Of a DNA stretch of 64,000 nucleotides, positions 9,606 to 22,150 are shown piece after piece; the stretch's first letter is position 1, and every line of letters starts with the position of its first letter. Source of the DNA: Paecilomyces variotii (Eukaryota); the NCBI GenBank assembly GCA_004022145.1, contig RCNU01000004.1; one strand, written 5' to 3'. The notes below the pieces were generated by a model. It was not told the origin of the DNA. It searched no databases and saw nothing but the letters and a program-made list of their open reading frames with translations. Made by a program: the position numbers and the translations under genes.

Positions 9606-12600
9606 ATTTGAAGGGTGGCATGATAATAATAATGATAATACTAATACACCTCTAGATTTGGCTGCAAATGGTTATAGAGCAGCCGGAATGTATTGGTAGT
9701 TTCAGCCGCCCGTATTCTCGATCATCTGATAACCCACAATCATAAAGATCACTGTCAGTCAGATAAGATGACAACAACTTCTGTCTTCTGAACCCGAAAC
9801 CAGACGAATGAAGGAATTGATAGACTCGGTGTCGGTCTACTGACGACTCCGCGAGAAATGGGCTTCAAACTTAAGGCGAGAAAGAAGTCTAGACCCCAAC
9901 GTTAACTGGAAGATCACCACATAATCCCTGGCTGCACGATAGCTATCTATCTGCTATTTCAAAGTCCTCCCAGATTCTCCAGGAAAAGCCCCTAGATATC
10001 AGATGTGAACGCATCACATTTTCTCGGAAAAAGGGCCCCTTTCGGCCTTTTGCCGACGAAGAAGCTCAAAGCCACGCATGCAACGCCACTAGGCAGGGGA
10101 GCCTCCGCGTTATCAGCATTCCGAATGCCATGCCATACCGATGAAGCTACGACGACATGCGCGGTCAAAGACGGCCGGTCCTTGGTTGAGTATGGTATTG
10201 TCCTAAGTACTCCTCGAACCACCTCGTGTTGTGGAGAGATGGGTCGTAAGCACATGCGTATACATCGAGTAGGGACTAACTACAACCCATCTTGCTTATT
10301 CCACAAACGCATTGTCAGAAACAGGGAAGATGCCATGTTAAATTAACCATTTCACACTGGATCGTCCAACTTAAAGCAAATTAAAGGCGAGACAAGGGGC
10401 AAAGTCAAAAATGGTTGAACGCAGTCACCGCACAGTGATCCCATCCCATCCCGATCAGACCAGACCCTGCCGGCTCGGGCGGATCTAGAACTACATACTG
10501 TAAGTACTAGATACACGGCGGGATCTATTGGGCCACGCGGATCAACTGGGAATATGGTACACATTACCATAAATTACTGGAGTGGGAATTTCGACATGGA
10601 ATTGAGCTGTGAATAAGTAGGGATAGATGATAACTAACAGACAGCATCTTTAGTACTTAGATTCACATCGAAGTAACTCAAGAGAGTAATGCATAATCCG
10701 AACAGTATTCCCACTACAAGCAATAATGTGGCTCGGCCCATCCCTGCATATACCTAACCCATGCCGTCTTCCTTGCACCTGTATTAACTTTATTAACTCG
10801 TGGCGCAGTTGCAGCAGCAACAGTAGTAGTACTACTACATAGCGGAACAGTAACCAACCAAAACGGAACTTCATCAACTAAAACTTGTTATCCGGATAAA
10901 GGTACGTAATCATTATAAGCACCTCCAGTCTCTTCGTCTCTTCCGACTCACGGCTTCGGATCGGATCGGATACTAGGTAGAGCACTGCTTTCCGTGAAAG
11001 TGAAATGATAAAATAATAATGCATACGCATAACTCTCCGAATGGAGAATTAAGTACTACATTATTATTATTATTATTGCTATTGCTACTATGCATTGCAT
11101 ACTACAATCCACTGTATTATTATTGTTATTATTATCGGACTAAGCTATTGTACTAGTAAGTAATCTATCACATTCTTCATCCCTAAAGCCTGGAAGTCTT
11201 GCAGTGCAATTTGAGGTCAAGCTAGTTTCGAGTCACAGAGAGAGAGGGAGCTCGTGCGTTACTACACTAACTAACTACTGTATGTATTATTATTGTATTA
11301 TTCTGTACTAAACACCCAGATTCAATCCCAGTGCCAAGATGGGTGCGGGAAGGGGGAGAATTCTATTAAGAAAACTAACAAGAGTCATTCGTATTCGTAT
11401 CCCGATCCACTATTATACTCGATTAGTGACTTGTATGAACATGATATAGATATACTGTCGAAGTATTTCGTCTTCTCGATTTTATATACAGTAATTAATC
11501 TACAGAGATTAAGTTACTCTGAAAGTGCTTTACACTACTACTTAATGTATAAGAACTCCACAAACCCCAGATTCTGTCACCAGTCATTGTGATGTGGAGG
11601 AAGGAAGGGTTGCTAAGTAGTACCATACATAACTCCAGCTTGTCTAGTAAACGATGCAGTAACTAAGTGGAATTTATCCCTGGAGATCTAGAATATTCGT
11701 ATAGAGAGTCTGATAGGTCCGTCGCTAGAGTCTACGTATCATAGCCGCAAGGGTTACACTGCAATTTCGCATGGTCTGGTCTGACGGTCTAGGAAGGTGG
11801 ATGAATGGGACCTCGTGGATGGATGGATGGATGGGCCTTCATGATCCTTCCGTTTGCGGCCCTCTTGACAGGTAAGTGCGGAGCGGAAAAAGGATCCGAA
11901 TTATGGCGTCTACAACCTTGTGTGTGTGTGCAATGGTTCTCTCTCCGCACTTCATTCTAGATGGGGACTACAATGATTGTTATTAATGAATGAGATGGGA
12001 TTGGATTTGGAAAATCTCCATGGTAATCGAGTAGAAAGTAAAGTGCCGCGCCGTACATATCTCCCGTCTCATCTGGCATGGATATCATACTGATGTTGAG
12101 AATACCTAGGACTAAGCGGAGACATAAGCGGAATAAGCGGCATAAGCGACAGTAATTGTTCGTTGTAAAGCTGACAGGTGGTCCGAAAGTGGTAATTATT
12201 AACGCATGGTCAGAGGCTCAGAGCATAGTTATCCAAAGGGCGAGGGTCACGACGGTGGATCCGCCGTCGTAAAATCGAGACGAGACTAGTTCTGGAGGAC
12301 TGGGAGCTTCTGTAATTTACTCGAGCTTCTTGCTGAGCTTCTGGAATCTGGACGGAATCTCCATCTTACCTAAGATCAGAAGGCATGTCAAGACTCAAGC
12401 CACACTTGTCTCAGCCTAATAATCAAAATAACGATTCAGCTTTCCCCTTCTCCGATGCCCAGTGCAACGAGGCTGACAGCCCTGGCGCTGCGAGGCTGTG
12501 GCTGAGCCCCGTTTACAGCCCCAGTGGGTAACTTAACATCTGACTATCCAGTCGATAGATCAATAAAGCTGGGTACGTACGGAGTACGTAGTGTCTTTCT

Positions 12601-14316
12601 TCGACCCGTGGATGGTTCAACAGCCACCCCTGGCCCACTGAACGAGAAACAGATTTCTTGTAAGTTCTTTTTTCGTTGTGAACACGATGAGAACTTCCAC
12701 ATGTATCTAGTGCTGCTCGAAAAGAGATCCAGTCGATGGTGAGGCATTTCGGAGACTGCCCTCTCTTCTGGTCGCCGTTTGGCAAACAGAAAGAAAACTC
12801 GACCCACCCCCTATTATTTATTTTCCGACAGAGAACAAACAGAAAAAAAAAAACAGTCACAGCGTTTTTCTCATACGTAGCGTAGCAACCGAAAAATTCT
12901 AACGGGGCCTTAGTCAGTTAGTTTAGGGGCATAAAATCAAGGTTCTGTGGTGACACTGACAGGCGCCCCGACAGCCCGTCCGCGCGAAACCCTAGTGGAA
13001 GAGTTAGAGTAGTGCCAGGGGGAAAGATCGAGGGCCGAGGCGCTCTGTCCAGGGCCCTTGTTCGGTGGCAAATTATGATTCTACCATACCATAGGGTTAT
13101 TGACAGAACGAAGGACGAAAAAGGGAAATGGACAAGGAGAAGGAGATTTCGGCGCGGCTGGAATCTGCTCCTAGCTGTTCTCAACGGACTCTTGGGTCTT
13201 TTTGCCTTGTTGCCTTGTTTGCCCTGGTGTGCCTCCTCCTCATTCCAGCCCAACCCCAGGCTTTTCTTTATTTTTCTGGAGAGAAACGACACTAGCGATG
13301 CATGCACATTGCAGGGCGACTGTCTCGATCTCGTGAAGGGAGACGATCTGCCCAACTGGGGGGGAACTTGAGGGGTAAGCTAGAGGTGAGGTCATCGCCT
13401 TGGCATCGAGGCTGTCGAAACAGCAAGAGATCGATTGATTCATACTATTATTATTATTCATTAACTTCCGACTCCGTATGAGGATCAAGTCTAGCTGCGT
13501 GGAGCAGCGACTCTGCCAATACCATCCGGTACGGACGGCACACGGCTCGAAGGGATGCCAGCGGCTGGGGACGGATGGCGGAGCATAATTTCATTTCTAG
13601 CGTCTTTGCGCACGCTATCGACTAAGTATCGACTATCGACGATTGCAGCAAAGGCGAATCCACGCGCTCGCGGCGTGGATGGCTTCTCGGCCGTGGTATC
13701 ACAATCACACAAAAGAGCATAATTAAAATACATGATAAGAGGAACAAAAGAAGGAAACAAGATATATCGTAAGAGACAGATTTCCCACCCATTCCCGTCT
13801 GTCAGCATGTTTCCAGACGAACAATGGTGGCGGTGGGAAGGCGGGATTGCCCCGCGGATCGGATCACAAGAGATCCAACATTAAAAGAGATAATCAAAGA
13901 AATGATTAGAAAAGAGTACACAGGGGGTAAGATCTAAACATGAAACCAATTCCGCTGAGTTGACCTCACTGCGCGCCGGCGGCAGTCCTCATGTCCTATC
14001 AACCACGCGTGGTGTTCTATCTCCGTCAATATGCCCGTCCGTAACTTTTCCCTACCAATCCCAGAATGAACGAGAGCGTCGAGATGCCAGATCGCGACGG
14101 AGGTCAATCAGCCCGAACACCAGACCAGGTTGCACGAGCTTCGCTGCCGACGGGGAATCCCAATACGTCAAAGGGAGAAAAAAAGGGGAATAAAACCGAG
14201 TAGTAGAAGAACGCCGTCGCTTTCCGTCCGAAACAACCTCCGGATATGCACGAATCAGAGACGAGAAGAAGACGAAGACATCGCTGGTTGTTTCAGAGTA
14301 GTCGCGAAACAAACCA

Positions 14317-14593
14317 TCAGACCTCGTCAATCTTGATCTCTGATTCTCGGGTGGTCTCCGCCAGGTACGGTCTCCGGTAATGATCTCTGGGCTGAGACAG
14401 CGGAGACGAAAGTGCTGACGGCCGTCGTAGTTTCAGAGTCTGCAGGGAAAGAATTGCTCAGTCGGAGTTCAAAGATAAGACAATCCAGTATCTAGAATAA
14501 TGAGTGACAACTGACCATACAGTCTGAGCACTTTCCTCCTGGGATGTTGACACGCCCACGGCATCCGCGGGGGTAGTTGGCGCAGGAATACAT
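14317..14593 (-). CDS. Spliced 66-aa Cys4 microprotein (C-x6-C-x10-C-x2-C), putative Zn-binding; not in ORF track
   Basis: Exon 1 14593-14516 (MYSCANYPRGCRGRVNIPGGKCSDCM). Intron 14515-14440 (GTCAGT...ACTGAG...TTCTTTCCCTGCAG, 76 nt). Exon 2 14439-14317 (TLKLRRPSALSSPLSQPRDHYRRPYLAETTRESEIKIDEV*). Start context CAACATG; first ATG downstream of a TATA box. Confidence 0.8.
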
Positions 14594-14899
14594 GTTGGAA
14601 ATAGTCGACACGACCACGGATGATCAGAATTGTAAAGCAGTTTGGTGGTTGACTGGATGAGAGGATAAACGTTCACTCCGCAATAGACTCCGGGTTCCTT
14701 CCTGGATCCTTGTTCTCGAAACTCGTTCGAATCGTGGGAGTATCTATGCCTTGCTGGACGCGCAGCACGTATACTTGGCGGACGTCGAGATCTAGGATCT
14801 CCAGTAAGATGGCAGTAGACCTCGTGGTTCGTATTCGCAGTCTGACAGGTAGTTCAGTCGATATCTGCTGACTGCACAGTGGACGGTGGTATGTAGTTG

Positions 14900-15022
14900 T
14901 CTGGTCGTATGGGGTAGTGGAAAGGAAGGTCGAGAACTACAGCAGGACAAATAAGTATAGCGGCACAGAAGGATCTGAGCGGAGGGCAGCCCACGCGACA
15001 GGAGAGCCAAGTGGGATTTATA
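14900..15022 (-). promoter_or_regulatory. Core promoter of the microprotein gene (TATAAA + pyrimidine tract)
   Basis: Minus-strand TATAAA at 15022-15017, followed by CT-rich TTCTCGACCTTCCTTTCCACTACCCC (~14936-14911). No minus-strand ATG between it and 14593. Confidence 0.55.
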
Positions 15023-17709
15023 CCGACGTAGGCCCGTTGTTAACAGCTGTGCTGATCGATAGTGGGTGATTTGTCCAATCCTGGGGGGGAATAAGCACGA
15101 GCATCGACTTTTGGGCTCAGCGCAAGGCACCGCCTTGTATAGTTTTGACTCGTAAAAACCGGGCTTCGTACGAGGCCAGGTTTACATTACTAGTGGGCTC
15201 ACAGTCTCCATCTGGCGCAACGGATAACTATCCATCGTACTTTATCGGCCTTTGCGAACTCTACTTTACTACTTCTCGATCTCCATCTCCCCTCCTCGCC
15301 CTTCCGCACCTGGTATGGTTCCCACTTTCGCCTCCCCAAGGGGCTCACGTCTCCATCATTGCGTGCGTTCTGGATCTGTCCAATACTACTTACTGTACCC
15401 GCCATGGATCAAAGCTCGCTCTCTATGACGCTCTTCCTTTCTTTGCCGCCATTCCGCCAGGAGTCATTCATTCATTCATTCATCCATTCATGGCTGGGAG
15501 ATGCCACCCGGGGACATCACTCAATTAAACAGACATATCAGAGCCAATACTACTGCTGGCAAACTATGCTCACCATCACATTGCAGGCCGCGTGGAGAGC
15601 TGGCGCATATCCCTGTCAGAGCCCTAAGCAAATAGCTAGTGGCTCCGAAAGATGAGTTGATTCCTGCTGTTATTACTTATTGTTATTGTTACGATGGCCC
15701 ACTCGCCGAACAAACAAAGTTACCAACGTTTCCCAATCCTCAGTTTCGGGTCTGCCTGGATGAATGACTCGGTGACAGCGCTGAGTCTGGACCTGTCTTT
15801 CTGTTTTTTTACCTTCGTATCGTTTCGTCGCGCTTCCAACAGCCTTGTGGATCCCTTTCAGCATAGGTTTCCTGCACCGCGGGAGTCGCCGTTCTAGCTC
15901 GATTTGGACCGGTGCTGTTCTGATCGATGGAACAGACGAGCATGCATCGTTGACTGACATGGGCAGTCTGCAAACAGGGTCGTTCTCGAACCGGGATGGG
16001 CTCCTCAGGCACTCTGCGGATCCAAGGACTTGGACCAGAGACAAAAAGAGTATTATTACACAGTGCGGAGTCGAGATGCTGGAAGCCACCTTCGTCGTTT
16101 CGCTGCCGCTTCATGATTATTCTTTCCGTCACCCCGGAGAACAGGCCGCGCGAGTCTGTTTAATTACTTGTTCGTGCCACTGGAGCCTTTTGGCATATGA
16201 GTCGAATGACCCAGATGCAGAGGTTAGCCTGTCCAGCTGTCATGACCTTGGCTTTGGCCCCTCTCTTTACTGACTTGCAGCGACTAACTAACGGCCCGTA
16301 TGAAGCCATTGCCGAGGATCATCCGTGTCGGCTCACAGATAGACTCCGGCTGGTTCCATTGGTATCTGCTCTATAAACAATCATAGCAATTCTTTGACGA
16401 TACTGGCTTCCTGTGCCTCGGTATTCGAGACGTTCTCTGCCTGTCCATTATTATGGCTGCGATCCTTTCATCTTCCGTACCACGCCAATGGAAACCTGGA
16501 ACGGCAGCCGGGCATGCCGTCTTTGACACCAGAACCCCGACCATGCCGTAGCTGCCATGATCAAAACAAGCATAATGTGAATTAATTACAAGACCTGTGT
16601 CCAGGCGTCAGACAAGACGCACTCGAGCCATACCATACAAACCGGTCATACCATGGGCAGGCGGGGAACGTTCTGCGACGCCCTTGTCTGGAGATGCAAC
16701 TGGCTCGAAAAAGGTCTTAAAAGATCACCAGCTAAACGCCCTGGCCTCTCCCTGGTCTAGCTTACTTGCGTGTCAATCCTGTCCTTGTTTCTTCATGGCT
16801 CTGGCTCGGGGCCATGACAGGCGCCCAACAACCATGACTCTCCGCATCGACGATACCGTTGCAGACTTCCTTATCGCACGCTGAAACCCCGCTGGTCGTA
16901 TCGACGACGCCTCCTACAGTCAGATGGTATCATCTTGAAACGTCGCATTGCCGCAAAGCATAATTGCGGAAGAATACCGGCTTTCCATTACGCGTTGATA
17001 CTCCTGTACCGTGTAGTTTCTTTCCGGGGTATTCACGGCATACATAGCGTCCTTTTCAGTCCGCACAAGGTCGCGCGCTAGTATGGAGGAATGACCATAT
17101 GATCATAAACATGGGTATGCCTACCTTTAAAATAATCGTCAAAGATGCCATTTGCAGACAAGTTTCCGTGACCGGCTCATAGCCAATTCCGGGTACTCCC
17201 TCATTCCTGACATATGACGGCAGCCAATTCAGGGCTCACAGCCACCTATTGCCAGCAACTCATCATGGCTCAGCCAGGCCAGCTTATCATTAACAGAAAC
17301 ATCTATACGTGGTTGACCGCTCCTTCTGCTTACTGACTTCGATGGAATCTTTGATATTAACTGGTTAAAGCGGTCAAGAAACACATATAGGAGCCGTGGC
17401 AGCTCACTGTTGTTGATGGTCTCCAACGCTATTGAATGGATCTTCGAAACGCGGTTTACCATCAAGACTATACAACTAACTAATCATTCACCATGATTTC
17501 CAGAGGTCTAGAACATAGATCCGAGTCCCCTCGAATTACCAATCCGTAAGCGGTGGCCAAGTGGGATAAATTACCAGCCGGCTGTCTACGGCTGCCAGAG
17601 CCTTAATGTGGTAATTAGGCGGATACCGCCACCGTGCGCTGGTCATCCGGCTCACATGCGCACTTCATAATAGCAATGATAATAATTCATGGCCCACGAG
17701 GAAAGTTCC

Positions 17710-19080
17710 TTAGTCTTCCAGAATCGATTTCAACACAAGCCATCCGCCAGCGGCGCCAATTCCGGTCGCGAGAAGAAGGCCAAGGCCCTCCCACGTTGTT
17801 GACAGATACGCAAGGAAACCCACTATGAGTTCTTTGGTCCTTGCAGCTGCACGCCTGCTCTCCCAGTTTGGGTCGAGCTGGAATGGTGGCAGAGGCCTAA
17901 CATCGCCAGACTGATCGATGCCTGAAGAACCTCGGAGAGGTTCCAATAAAACCGAGACAGATAAGGCAACGGCACGGTGATCAGAGGTTGGGAACAGAGG
18001 AAGAGAGCTGTAGACGTGGGGCTGGACATGCCCACGTTCCTTCGTCCCCGGTGGCAGGTCTAGATATAAGATCCGGTCGCACCAACTGGGCCAGCGGTGT
18101 CTGGCCCATTTCCACTCTTGAGTATCACCAAGTCGCGCCTCTAGACATGCCAGTGCTGAATACTTGTAGGTGGGTGGGAAGCTGATCAGTTCCTCCGATA
18201 GCCCATGCAGTGTCTTACGCCTCTGAAGCTCTCGTGTGAGCTGGTCATTCTTTAACAGATGAGAGAAATGTCGGGGACTATCCACGTCCGCGGTAGGTTG
18301 AGGAAAGCGCCTATGGTCGTCTTTCGACGGCGACGTATCGCACGTGCGGTAATTCAAGTCACCGGCGACAAATAAATGCGACCCAGGCGCAAAGATCCCA
18401 GAATGGCTCGCGCTTTCATCTGATGTCTCGTCACTCAACAATGCGATCCTCTCCTCTCTATCTTCTCCTGATGCCCTGTTCCTCCGCCTGACGGTTTTCT
18501 TCTTCCCAAAGACTAACCGCTCCACAATGCTCTTCCAGTCCTCGTTCCTGCGTTCGTATTCTTCTTCCATTGGCGCCAGATGTGCAGCAACAAACGTCAA
18601 GTCAACCGTCTCATTGTGACCATCTTCCACCATGTAGCCCAATCGCGTTCCCACCGCTCCTTTGTTGCCCATCTCGAGAACGCCCACTCCCACTTGCGCC
18701 GTCTCCGTCCAAGAAATCCTATCGGAAACGTCTGATCTGACGAAGACCATCATTGCCGTCATGCCAGAGTTCTCCCTGATGACCTCGACGTAGTCCACCT
18801 CGCTCCCCCATTGTTTCGACACCGCAAGGTCAAGCGCACGACGGAAAGCGTCAAAGAACGCGGTGAGAAAAGAACCGCCTAGAAACGCATAAGACATCGG
18901 CGCGATCTCTTGGAGTGAGAGAACGATGATCTCGGGGGCGTCGTATATTGGTCGTCCATCGTTGCTATCCCTTGCTGACTGGGGAAGGGCATGGAAGAAG
19001 TGTTCCGCGACGAAATCGGTTTCGATCAAAATCCTGGCGCAGTTGAAAGTGAGAATGTAGACATTGACAAATCGATCCAT
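17710..19080 (-). CDS. Inositol polyphosphate 5-phosphatase with C-terminal hydrophobic tail (Inp54-like)
   Basis: LTFNC, SLQEI, GNKGAV, FVAAHL, GDLNYR, FPPTYKY, PSWCDRIL and SDHRAV motifs; C-terminal hydrophobic segment LIVGFLAYL...GLLLATGIGAAGGWLVL. Confidence 0.9.
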   Translation of the reverse strand: MDRFVNVYILTFNCARILIETDFVAEHFFHALPQSARDSNDGRPIYDAPEIIVLSLQEIAPMSYAFLGGSFLTAFFDAFRRALDLAVSKQWGSEVDYVEVIRENSGMTAMMVFVRSDVSDRISWTETAQVGVGVLEMGNKGAVGTRLGYMVEDGHNETVDLTFVAAHLAPMEEEYERRNEDWKSIVERLVFGKKKTVRRRNRASGEDREERIALLSDETSDESASHSGIFAPGSHLFVAGDLNYRTCDTSPSKDDHRRFPQPTADVDSPRHFSHLLKNDQLTRELQRRKTLHGLSEELISFPPTYKYSALACLEARLGDTQEWKWARHRWPSWCDRILYLDLPPGTKERGHVQPHVYSSLPLFPTSDHRAVALSVSVLLEPLRGSSGIDQSGDVRPLPPFQLDPNWESRRAAARTKELIVGFLAYLSTTWEGLGLLLATGIGAAGGWLVLKSILED

Positions 19081-19870
19081 AGCGACCCTCTTCTTCGTCT
19101 TCTTTATCTTCTTTCAACAAGAAGACGGAAGGAGGACGACTTCCCTCGAAGTAGGTAGATGATCTGGGGTAACTATCCGATTAGCTTCGCAGCTGTAAAT
19201 ACCAGCCACGGCTGAAGTCCGGGGGATGAGTGGTGACGTAAGTAGTCTAGCCTCCCAGCCGCCCAGCACATTATTAGACTAATGTAGAAAAAAAGAACAA
19301 ACATCAACAGAACACAAATAATAATAATAACCACCACTATCTACTAGATACGAGACCCCGAAACCAAACACGCAAATCCCAGTACGTAATCCAGTATGCA
19401 TTTCCGTAATGCGGAAATACGGATATATGTCTTCAGGTGGGGGAAAAAAAGTAATCTAGAAGAAACTATATTTTCTAGGCTCCAGCTAGCCCATGTACCT
19501 AATCTAATACATCAACAATACCCAGAGTACTATACCAAGCTAGTTTGGAAAGTTCAAGAGTCTCGAACACCTGACTAGCTAGTAGATAGGGATTTTTTCT
19601 AACCCCTGGCCCACTTTCTACTTTATGATTTTGGACTCGTACGAAATAATAATAATGCGCACAGTTCTCTTACTTTTTCTTAAATGTCGTGTCTACACCG
19701 TATCGAGACGGGACGATTATCTACGAGAAGTCGCATCAATCTCATAGCAGTGATTCTCTTTTGAGAAAAATTAATAAAAACAAAAAGTAAAAATCAACAC
19801 AGAAAACGCGGACAAGAAAATAAAATAAAATTTTTTTATAAAAAGATATTTCTTAGAAGTTGTATTGTAT

Positions 19871-19941
19871 TGCATTATCCGTGAATCGAACACGGGCCTC
19901 GTCGATGGCAACGACGAATTCTACCACTAGACCAATAATGC
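19871..19941 (-). tRNA. tRNA-Gly (GCC), intronless
   Basis: GCATTATTGGTCTAGTGGTAGAATTCGTCGTTGCCATCGACGAGGCCCGTGTTCGATTCACGGATAATGCA: full cloverleaf, A and B boxes, anticodon GCC at 19909-19907, T-run terminator ~30 nt downstream. Confidence 0.97.
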
Positions 19942-20449
19942 AGGAACTGAACAGGCAAGCTGCGATGTGATTCGCTGCTTGTTGTGATGGATATTACCCT
20001 TCAGTGGTATATAGGGATATTGTTTCTATAAGGGTAATTAGAAAGATGAGGTTCGATAACTTAAGAGGTAAAGGATAGAGTTAACTCGGATATCTAACTG
20101 TACGATTGCTCGATGGAGTTGCATTGTCGATTGTATTATGTGAGATCTAGAATAGGAAGGGGGCTGGAGTGTAAAAATACATAATAGTCTAGAAATGCAA
20201 TGATGGAGTAGTTATTATTGGAAAGGAAAAGAAAGGGGGCGAAGGTGTAGGAAAAATGGGTTAGTTACTTTGTATCTCCAAGTCACTACTTGTATTGGTA
20301 TCAAGTTGCGACCGCATCGATACCCTTCGAAGAGAGAATGATTAAACTGATTAGAGGCTAGAGCAGTGTACATTTAGATCAGATCCTGGTTCTTTTCTCC
20401 GTCTGTTCTGGCATTTTCTCACAATTTCATAACAGTATGGTAAATGGGC

Positions 20450-22150
20450 TTTAGAAGGGAAGTCGCCTGTATCCCATACAGGTTAGTTCTGACCCAAGAA
20501 TGCGACGAGAAGAGACTATAGTCAGAATGATGTTCGCCAAAGGATTATCATCCTATAACCAGGGCAATTAAAAGTGATATGTATGATCCGACGTGGAAGA
20601 CAAGCTCCAGCCAATACCTTCCAGGCCAAGACGCAAGACAAAGACATAATACCTCAAAAAAGAGGGGTAAACGCTCTAGGGACCTGCAGCATGGATATGT
20701 TGCATGAGGCTCTCTCAAATATCTTTTCCATGTTGTCAGACACAAGTCTCGCTGGTCAGGTCGATCTCTTCACGGCCGTGGCCCGTTCCGTACTATGGTG
20801 TACCACTGCATAAGGCAGCTAGCGCAACTACCGCAAAGTACGAGAGTATTTAGGGGCCTGAGGTGGGGATCTGCAACTTCCCCATTCGGGAAAGAATTGG
20901 TGATCAGAGGTGGTGTAAAGACTCAACCATCTGATACTGGCAAGAACAGGGTTCCAACGGTGCAGGAAGAAGCAGCATATTCTACCATGAGGGTGACTGG
21001 TTATCGGGCTGCTGTCTCTGCCAGTGTTCGACTTCTGTGTTACATTGTGGAGGGCAGTAGATTACATCTTGGGCTCAGAATGTCCGTGAGACGGACGAGA
21101 ATCTTGGCGCATGAATCATGAGAGGGACATACCTTCGAAGGAGGATGAATAAGGCCTCCGATATGTCTGAATGAAGGACATGAAGGTGTAGATCGTCCAA
21201 CTAATTTCTAAACAGACCAACTTCCCCAGGTAGCCCTGGCAAGTTATCAGATTTCCAGCCTGGTATAACTCCCTGATACAGGCAGGGAATTTATCTGATT
21301 TCGGGCACTCCCCTGGCTTTCCACTGACGATCTTGTCATGAATAACTGCAGACAAACAAAGAGTGAGAAAATCGCCATTCCTAAGCTATAATAAGGCTGC
21401 CATAGATGCCTTGTTTGGATTCGACAGGAAAGGCGGCTGGTCACTGCATGAACACGCATTTGCTTGGGAGTCTAGATTCATCGGGTAATAAGTGATTCGC
21501 TTAAATGCTATCACCGTCAGGTGCGTAGGAGGAGAGGAGATGAACGGGGGCTATATTGTTCGGTTAATAATACTCAATGTGTAACCAGTTAACTCAAATA
21601 TGTCCGGGGGCGGATCTTACTTCCGCCATCGTCCTTGACGGTGATTTTAGCATGCATACATACCCTAGTCGGCCAATGCGAGGACAGAGAGACCTTCCTT
21701 CTCTTCTCAGGCTATAGATCATGGCCCAGGCGAACGTACTGTGTACCGTCAGCCATATTACTTCTCTCTGAAATTGTTGTGTAGCCGCTGGTACTCACTC
21801 TGATATGCCGAAAACAAGGGTCATGGATGCGGAGCTTATTTAAGTAACACGGATGATGTCGACCTGCAGGAGATAGTGCTGTTGACCACGGCTTCATACC
21901 CGCTTTCGGGTGCCGATCCAAACCCCGCATAACATCTCCATTTGGGCTCTAAAGCGGAGGCTTCTGCCTTTTGTATCTCGTTGTAATGGTGTGCTGAAGG
22001 TCGTAGGTTTTGCATTAGATACCGAGGGATACATTTCGTGACGAGAGTCTGTATTGAATCGGCGAACAGGGAATGTCTTGTCTCGTAAGCGCATTTTATG
22101 GACATTGCAGTATGAAAAACGAATGTGTAGTTCAAAACAAAAGCGAACAG
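20450..22150 (-). pseudogene. Possible decayed gene remnant of unknown family
   Basis: Canonical-looking intron 21798-21739 (GTGAGT...GCTGAC...CAG) and protein-like fragments, but stops in all frames. No family can be assigned by eye. Confidence 0.25.

Noticed and set aside
10650-10877. Signal-peptide-like ORF MMKFRFGWLLFRYVVVLLLLLLQ
   Set aside because: Hydrophobicity derives from (TAG/TAC/CAG)n simple repeats; no other support.
12780-13000. Telomerase RNA candidate (minus-strand TATGCCCCTAAAC plus U-rich tracts)
   Set aside because: I found no 1.5-repeat template such as TAACCCTAA, the telomere repeat of this organism is unknown, and I cannot identify a pseudoknot or CR4/5 by eye. A covariance-model search is needed.
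14340-14440. Hammerhead-like CTGA...GAAA with GTCTCCG/CGGAGAC stems
   Set aside because: The core CUGANGA is absent, and the segment is exon 2 of the microprotein on the other strand.
19260-20330. Transposon or solo LTR next to the tRNA
   Set aside because: No terminal repeats, target-site duplication or transposase/RT fragments are recognisable.
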